From assembly GCA_016235455.1 (NCBI GenBank), contig JACRKZ010000089.1:1-29893 (forward strand): a stretch of 29,893 bases of DNA, given 5' to 3'. Shown one piece after another: positions 24,817 to 29,893 of the stretch. The notes under the pieces are model-generated. The model had not been told where the DNA came from and did not search any database. It saw only the letters and a list, made by a program, of their open reading frames with translations. The stretch comes from Armatimonadota bacterium (lineage in GTDB: Bacteria; Armatimonadota; UBA10988). A program made the translations under genes and the position numbers. The stretch's first letter is position 1; each line of letters begins with the position of its first letter.

Positions 24817-26540
24817 GCGGCGGCCATCTGCGCCATCTGGTGCTGGTCGTTGCCCTGTGCGTGGCTTGCCAGGCCCTGCCCGCCGACCGCCTGACCACCT
24901 GGGACCCCGGCATCCCCGGCGGCATCCCGCGGGTGACGACCCTCCACGCCACGCTCGACGCGGCACGCTACGGCAATGGCACGACCGACGCCACCGCGGC
25001 CATCAACGCCGCCATTCAGGCCGCCGGTGACGCGGCGCGAGCGAACCGGCCGTTGGTGGTCTACCTGCCCGCCGGCACGTACCGCATCACCGGCAGCCTC
25101 GATCTCAACCGTAACCATGTCGTCCTGCGTGGTGCTGGTGCTCGGCTAACCCGCATCAGATACGACTCGGCCGAGCAGAACTTCGCCGTGGGCATGGGGC
25201 TGTTCTGGCCCGACTATGCGCCGCCGGTGGACGTGGTCGGCAGCGTGCCCAAGGGCGCCCGCAGCCTGACCGTGGCGGATGCGGCGGGCATCGAGCCCGG
25301 CGATGTGCTGCAGATCGACCAGCTCGACGATCCTGGCTACGTGAAGATCGGCGATTGGATCTACGGCAAGCGTGGGCCGCGCGAGGCCGACGCCAACGGG
25401 CCGTCGTCGCCTGAAGGCTACCGCTCGGTGGGCCAACAGATCGCCGTGGCGAGCAAGCAGGGCAACACGCTGACGCTGGTCGGGCCGACGCACATCGCCT
25501 TCGACCAGCGCTTCCGGCCGCAGGTGTTCCACACGGCCACCGCGCGCGCGGACCATTCGGGCCGGCAGTGGATCGGGCTGGAGGACCTGTGGCTCGGCGG
25601 TGGACGCAACAACAACATCCAGGTGCTCAACCTGGCCTATGGCTGGATCCGTGGGGTCGAGTGCGACGGCGATCCGGCCACGGGCGGCGGGCTCGATGGC
25701 GACCACATCAACCTGTTCCACGCCTATCGCTGCGAGATCCGGCAGTGCTACGTGCACCACGCGCGGACCATCGTGCCCGGTGGCGGCGCCTACGGCATCG
25801 ACATCGCCAACCAGAGCTCGGACAACCTGGTGGAGGACAATATCGTCCGCTACCTCAACAAGCCGATCCTGACCGTGGCCTCAGGCGGCGGCAATGTGGT
25901 GGCTTACAACTACGTCGACGACGCCTTCATCGCCACCCACGAGAGCTGGCAGGAGAACGCCATCGACGGCTGTCACGGCAGCTTCTCGCACCATGACCTG
26001 TTCGAGGGCAACGACACGCCCAACATCGGCTCGGACAGCACGCATGGCAACTGCGGCTGGCAGACCTTCTTCCGTAACCACGCGAGCGGTATGAACACCG
26101 CTGTGCCGCGCTCGGCCTGCATCCGGGCAGCGGGTGTCGACGGCTACAACCGTGAGCACACCTTCGCGGGCAACGTGCTGCTGCGCCCGGGCCTGCGCAT
26201 CGGCGAGCGGCCGCCCGTGTATCTGAGCACCACGACCGACACCTTCGACTTGGCGGCGGTGTTCCGCGTCGGCGCGGCGTCGCTGGGTGGCGAGTACCAC
26301 GACCTCGACGACGGCACGGCGTTGCGGCTGCTACTGGCCCATGGCAACTTCGACTACGTGACCAACTCGGTCGTCTGGGACCCGCGCCTGGCCGACCACG
26401 ACCTGCCGGCCTCGCTCTATCTGCGCGCCAGGCCGGCCTTCTTCGGCGCGGAGTTGTGGCCCTATGCCGACCCCGCGCGCGAGCCGAAGGTCGGTGTGCT
26501 GCCGGCCAGGCGGCGGTTTGAGGCCATGGCGCGGAGGTAG
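24813..26540 (+). CDS. Secreted right-handed beta-helix protein (pectate lyase superfamily / GH28-related)
   Basis: GTGA overlap; signal peptide ...ALCVACQALPA; YGNGTTDATAAINAAI...VVYLPAGTYRI...VVLRGAG; SSDNLVEDNI, GNVVAYNY, DLFEGN rungs; C-terminal LPASLYL..RPAFFG..WP. Confidence 0.82.
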   Translation: MSGGHLRHLVLVVALCVACQALPADRLTTWDPGIPGGIPRVTTLHATLDAARYGNGTTDATAAINAAIQAAGDAARANRPLVVYLPAGTYRITGSLDLNRNHVVLRGAGARLTRIRYDSAEQNFAVGMGLFWPDYAPPVDVVGSVPKGARSLTVADAAGIEPGDVLQIDQLDDPGYVKIGDWIYGKRGPREADANGPSSPEGYRSVGQQIAVASKQGNTLTLVGPTHIAFDQRFRPQVFHTATARADHSGRQWIGLEDLWLGGGRNNNIQVLNLAYGWIRGVECDGDPATGGGLDGDHINLFHAYRCEIRQCYVHHARTIVPGGGAYGIDIANQSSDNLVEDNIVRYLNKPILTVASGGGNVVAYNYVDDAFIATHESWQENAIDGCHGSFSHHDLFEGNDTPNIGSDSTHGNCGWQTFFRNHASGMNTAVPRSACIRAAGVDGYNREHTFAGNVLLRPGLRIGERPPVYLSTTTDTFDLAAVFRVGAASLGGEYHDLDDGTALRLLLAHGNFDYVTNSVVWDPRLADHDLPASLYLRARPAFFGAELWPYADPAREPKVGVLPARRRFEAMARR

Positions 26541-26582
26541 CGGCCCCGCCGGCGCCGAACTGCACGCCGCACGGAGCCGAAC

Positions 26583-27548
26583 ATGGATAAGGTACGCGTC
26601 GGCGTGATTGGCTGCGGCGGCATCGCCAATGCCATGCATTTCCCCAGCCTGGCCGCCATGCCCGAGGTGGAGATCGTCGGTTGTTGCGATGTGGTGCCGG
26701 CCAAGCTGTCGGCCACGGCCGACCGCTTCGGCATCGCCAACCGCTACACCGACTATCGCCTGCTGCTAGCCGAGCAGTCGCCCGAGGTTGTGCACGTGCT
26801 GCTGCCGCCGCATCATGTGTTCGACGTGGCCATTGCCGTGCTCGACTCCGGTGCTCACCTGATGCTGGAGAAGCCGCCGGGCATTACTGCCGGACAGACC
26901 GCCGCGATGGCGCGAGCCGCCGAGGCGGCGGGCCGGCTGAGCATGGTCGCCTTCAACCGCCGCCACATGCCGGTGCTGGGCGCCTGCCTGGCCGAGGTCA
27001 CCGCGCGCGGGCCGCTCGACCAGTTCGCCGTGACCTTCTACAAGCATCACTTCACAGGCGACTACTTCCGCGGCGCCATCGACGTGCTAACCTGCGACGC
27101 CATCCACGCGGTGGACCTCATGCGGCACCTGGGCGGCGAGCCGCGACGCGTGGCATCGAGCGTGCGCGCCGCCGAAGGCCAGCCGACGCCGTCGCGCTGG
27201 AACGCCTTCATCGAGTTCGAGAACGGCGCGGTAGGCCAGCTCATGACCAATTGGACGGTGGGCAAGCGGTTCCACCACGGCGAGCTGCACGCGCGCGGCG
27301 TATCGTGCCTGCTCGAGTTCGAGCGCGAGGGCACCGTCTGGGCCGACAACGGCGAGCAGCCCGTGGCCCGGCATAGCGCTGAGGAGTTGACCGGCAGCAG
27401 TGAGCCGTATGTCAAGTGGGGCTTCCTGGCCGAAAACCAGTACTTTGTCGACTGCGTGCGGAGCGGCCGGCAGCCATCGTCGCACCTGGGCGACGCGGTG
27501 AAGACGATGGAGCTGGCGGCGCGGATCCTGTCGGGCGGGTGGTGCTGA
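26583..27548 (+). CDS. Gfo/Idh/MocA-family oxidoreductase
   Basis: [37 protein letters not shown]; GGAG RBS. Confidence 0.92.
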   Translation: MDKVRVGVIGCGGIANAMHFPSLAAMPEVEIVGCCDVVPAKLSATADRFGIANRYTDYRLLLAEQSPEVVHVLLPPHHVFDVAIAVLDSGAHLMLEKPPGITAGQTAAMARAAEAAGRLSMVAFNRRHMPVLGACLAEVTARGPLDQFAVTFYKHHFTGDYFRGAIDVLTCDAIHAVDLMRHLGGEPRRVASSVRAAEGQPTPSRWNAFIEFENGAVGQLMTNWTVGKRFHHGELHARGVSCLLEFEREGTVWADNGEQPVARHSAEELTGSSEPYVKWGFLAENQYFVDCVRSGRQPSSHLGDAVKTMELAARILSGGWC

Positions 27549-27553
27549 CCGCA

Positions 27554-27588
27554 TTGACGGGCCCTGCCGGCGGCGCTACAGTCAAGGC
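27554..27588 (+). promoter_or_regulatory. Leaderless sigma70-like promoter of Uma2 copy 1
   Basis: TTGACG (27554-27559), 17 nt spacer, TACAGT (27577-27582), 6 nt, ATG; no clear Shine-Dalgarno. Confidence 0.7.
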
Positions 27589-28167
27589 ATGAGCGAGGTG
27601 CGCCAGGCCAGGTTCCTGCTCACACCAGAGGAGTATCTGGCGCTGGAAGCCGACGCCGAGACCCGGCACGAGTATGTCGCCGGCCGCATCTATGCGCTGG
27701 CCGGCGCCAGTTCCGACCACATCCTGATTGCCGCCAACCTGGGTGGCGCGCTGTGGTCGCATCTGCGTGGCGCGCCGTGTCATTATGTCGGCAGCGATAT
27801 GAAGCTGCGCGTCTCGCACACGGTCTACTACTACCCGGACGCCATGGTCTGCTGCGACCCGACCGACAACGCCAACGGCTATCGTGAGCGGCCGCGGCTG
27901 GTGTTCGAGATCACCTCGGACTCCACACGCGCTATCGATGAGCGCGAGAAGGCGGCCGCCTACCAGCAGCTACCCAGCGTCGAGGTCTACGTGCTGATCG
28001 ATCAGGACCGCTGCCGCGTGGTCGTGCAGCGGCGCGGCACCGGCGATGCCGGCTGGACCGGCGAGGAGTTGCTGGGCGCGGCCGCCGTGCTCCACCTCGA
28101 CCCCATCGGCCTCGATCTGCCGCTGGGCACGCTGTATGAGCGGACCAGCGCGCTCAGGCCAGCTTGA
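27589..28167 (+). CDS. Uma2-family putative endonuclease (copy 1)
   Basis: [61 protein letters not shown]. Confidence 0.92.
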   Translation: MSEVRQARFLLTPEEYLALEADAETRHEYVAGRIYALAGASSDHILIAANLGGALWSHLRGAPCHYVGSDMKLRVSHTVYYYPDAMVCCDPTDNANGYRERPRLVFEITSDSTRAIDEREKAAAYQQLPSVEVYVLIDQDRCRVVVQRRGTGDAGWTGEELLGAAAVLHLDPIGLDLPLGTLYERTSALRPA

Positions 28168-29131
28168 CCTCCACCTGCTCGATGTTCTCCGGCTGGTCGG
28201 TGCCCAGGCCACGAGCCGCGGCGGCGCGGATGAACTTGGCGGGCCGACCGACCCGCGCCAGGGGCGCCATGCCCATCTCGCGGCGCCGGGCCTCGATGAA
28301 CTGCCAACCCACGTAGTCGTGCGCGACGGGGTCGGTGGCGGCCATGATCAGGTTGGTGAACAGGCGGTAGCCCGGCTGGAACTGCGGGCCGCCCTCGGGC
28401 TGAGTGCGCGTGCCGTCGCAGAGGATGAGCCGCTGCTTGTCACGTAGGGCCGGCACGGTGTTCAGATCGGCCAGGTAGGGATCGCAGCCGTTCTCGTGAT
28501 GGGCTTCGGGGTTGGAGATCGACCCATAGTGGTTCTTCAGCGCCAGGGTCACGCCGGTCAGGATGTGGTCCTTGAGGAACGGCAGGTTGAGGATGGCGTC
28601 GACCCGCTGAGTGACGATGGTGGTCAAGCAGCCCCGGAACGAGCCCCGCTGGATCTCGGCGTCCCAGCCGACATTGGCCGGCACCACCTGTGCGCCCCAG
28701 GCGCCGTCGAGGCTCAGGCCGCTGTTGTGCAGGTCGGCGGGCAGGCTGTCCCAGATGATGATGTTGCCCGGCTTGACGCCGACGCTCACGAGCCCCGCCA
28801 CACAGGCCTTGATGAGCGGATTGCAGACCGCCACGCCGGCGCCGCCGCGGCCGTTGATCTTGATGCCGACCCGTTCCTCGGGCCGGAAGTAGCGCGCCCA
28901 GGCCTTGTCCGGCGTGGGCTCGCCCGACAGTTCCATCACGGCGCGCTCAACCATCCGCGCCACCGGCTCTGCCTGCACTTCGTCCTTGACGGTCGCACCG
29001 GCGTGACGGACCGTGACGACCCGGCTCTTCTTGGCCGCCGGCTCGGCGCCGGCCGCCGTGGCGGCCGCTGCGGCCAGGGCCATGGCGCCACCCACGAAAT
29101 GCCTGCGGCTGATCGGTTCGTTGCCAGTCAT
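28154..29131 (-). CDS. Tat-exported DUF362-domain protein
   Basis: ISRRHFVGG Tat signal; [50 protein letters not shown]. Confidence 0.88.
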   Translation of the reverse strand: MTGNEPISRRHFVGGAMALAAAAATAAGAEPAAKKSRVVTVRHAGATVKDEVQAEPVARMVERAVMELSGEPTPDKAWARYFRPEERVGIKINGRGGAGVAVCNPLIKACVAGLVSVGVKPGNIIIWDSLPADLHNSGLSLDGAWGAQVVPANVGWDAEIQRGSFRGCLTTIVTQRVDAILNLPFLKDHILTGVTLALKNHYGSISNPEAHHENGCDPYLADLNTVPALRDKQRLILCDGTRTQPEGGPQFQPGYRLFTNLIMAATDPVAHDYVGWQFIEARRREMGMAPLARVGRPAKFIRAAAARGLGTDQPENIEQVEVKLA

Positions 29132-29215
29132 CGAGCGGTCCCCGTTGGCTCCGCAGTTCGCCGCTGGGGGCCGGGCACATCCTTGCTTCGGCCTCGGCTT
29201 TGCTCCCGGCTCTGA

Positions 29216-29250
29216 TTGACGAGGCGGGCCGGCAACGCTAGAGTCAGACC
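29216..29250 (+). promoter_or_regulatory. Leaderless sigma70-like promoter of Uma2 copy 2
   Basis: TTGACG (29216-29221), 17 nt spacer, TAGAGT (29239-29244), 6 nt, ATG; same layout as copy 1. Confidence 0.7.
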
Positions 29251-29823
29251 ATGAGCGAGCTGCGCCAGGCCCAGTGCATTGTCACGCCGGACGAGTACCT
29301 GGCGCTGGAAGCGGTCTCGCCAGACAAGCACGAGTACGTGGCCGGCCGGGTCTATGCCCTGGCCGGAGCCAGCCAGAGTCACAACCGCATCGCCATGAGG
29401 CTGTACCGGGCGCTCGGCAACCATCTCGACGGCACGCCCTGCGAGCCGTTCGGCAGCGACATGCGCTTGCGCGTGACGCGGAACGTCTACTACTACCCCG
29501 ACGCCATGGTCTGCTGCGACCCGACGGACAGCGCCGAGCACCACCGGCGTCGCCCGCGCTTCGTCTTCGAGATCGCCTCCCAGGCCACGCGCGCCATCGA
29601 CGAGCGCGAGAAGGCGTTCGCCTACTTCCAGATTATCACCATTGAGGCGTACATCCTGCTCGACCAGGACGACTGCCGTGCCGCGGTGCATCGGCGGGGC
29701 GACGACGGCTGGACCGTGGAGGAGTTGGTCGGACCCGACGCCGTGCTGCGCCTGGAGAGCCTGGCGCTGGCGCTGCCGCTCGGCACGCTGTATGAGCGGA
29801 CCGGCGTCAGCGGGGCCTCATAG
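29251..29823 (+). CDS. Uma2-family putative endonuclease (copy 2)
   Basis: Same motifs as copy 1 ([43 protein letters not shown]); roughly 60-65% amino-acid identity by manual alignment. Confidence 0.92.
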   Translation: MSELRQAQCIVTPDEYLALEAVSPDKHEYVAGRVYALAGASQSHNRIAMRLYRALGNHLDGTPCEPFGSDMRLRVTRNVYYYPDAMVCCDPTDSAEHHRRRPRFVFEIASQATRAIDEREKAFAYFQIITIEAYILLDQDDCRAAVHRRGDDGWTVEELVGPDAVLRLESLALALPLGTLYERTGVSGAS

Positions 29824-29893
29824 CGGTTGGCCGCACTGCTTGCAGAACTTCGCGTCTTCGTCGTTGAGCGCGTGGCACTGCTGGCAGCGCACC
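29818..29893 (-). CDS. C-terminus of a zinc-ribbon-domain protein entering from the right edge
   Basis: Reverse strand reads [24 protein letters not shown], two CxxC pairs. Confidence 0.8.
   Translation of the reverse strand, partial: VRCQQCHALNDEDAKFCKQCGQPL

Noticed and set aside
27589-29823. Composite transposon interpretation of the Uma2 pair around DUF362
   Set aside because: No transposase, terminal inverted repeats or target-site duplication seen; the copies are substantially diverged.

Overview
High-GC bacterial chromosomal window with about 20 complete and 2 partial protein-coding genes. I found no rRNA, tRNA, CRISPR array or transposase. The many secreted beta-sandwich/beta-helix proteins, Gfo/Idh/MocA oxidoreductases, a DUF362 protein and Uma2 paralogues suggest an Armatimonadota/Planctomycetota-like polysaccharide degrader, but this is inference only. 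Most notable: (1) a tightly packed minus-strand operon (8276-4058) of speD-like decarboxylase, small membrane protein, aminopropyltransferase fused to a transmembrane helix with Gly-rich and coiled-coil regions, and a FemABX-like transferase, which may be an undescribed envelope polyamine-conjugation system; (2) a NERD nuclease domain fused via a transmembrane helix to a TolB-like beta-propeller and an Ig-like domain (21280-19373); (3) a large secreted protein whose frame reads antisense through the whole convergent gene; (4) two Uma2 paralogues, each with a near-identical leaderless promoter. All family calls come from motif recognition by eye, not database searches.
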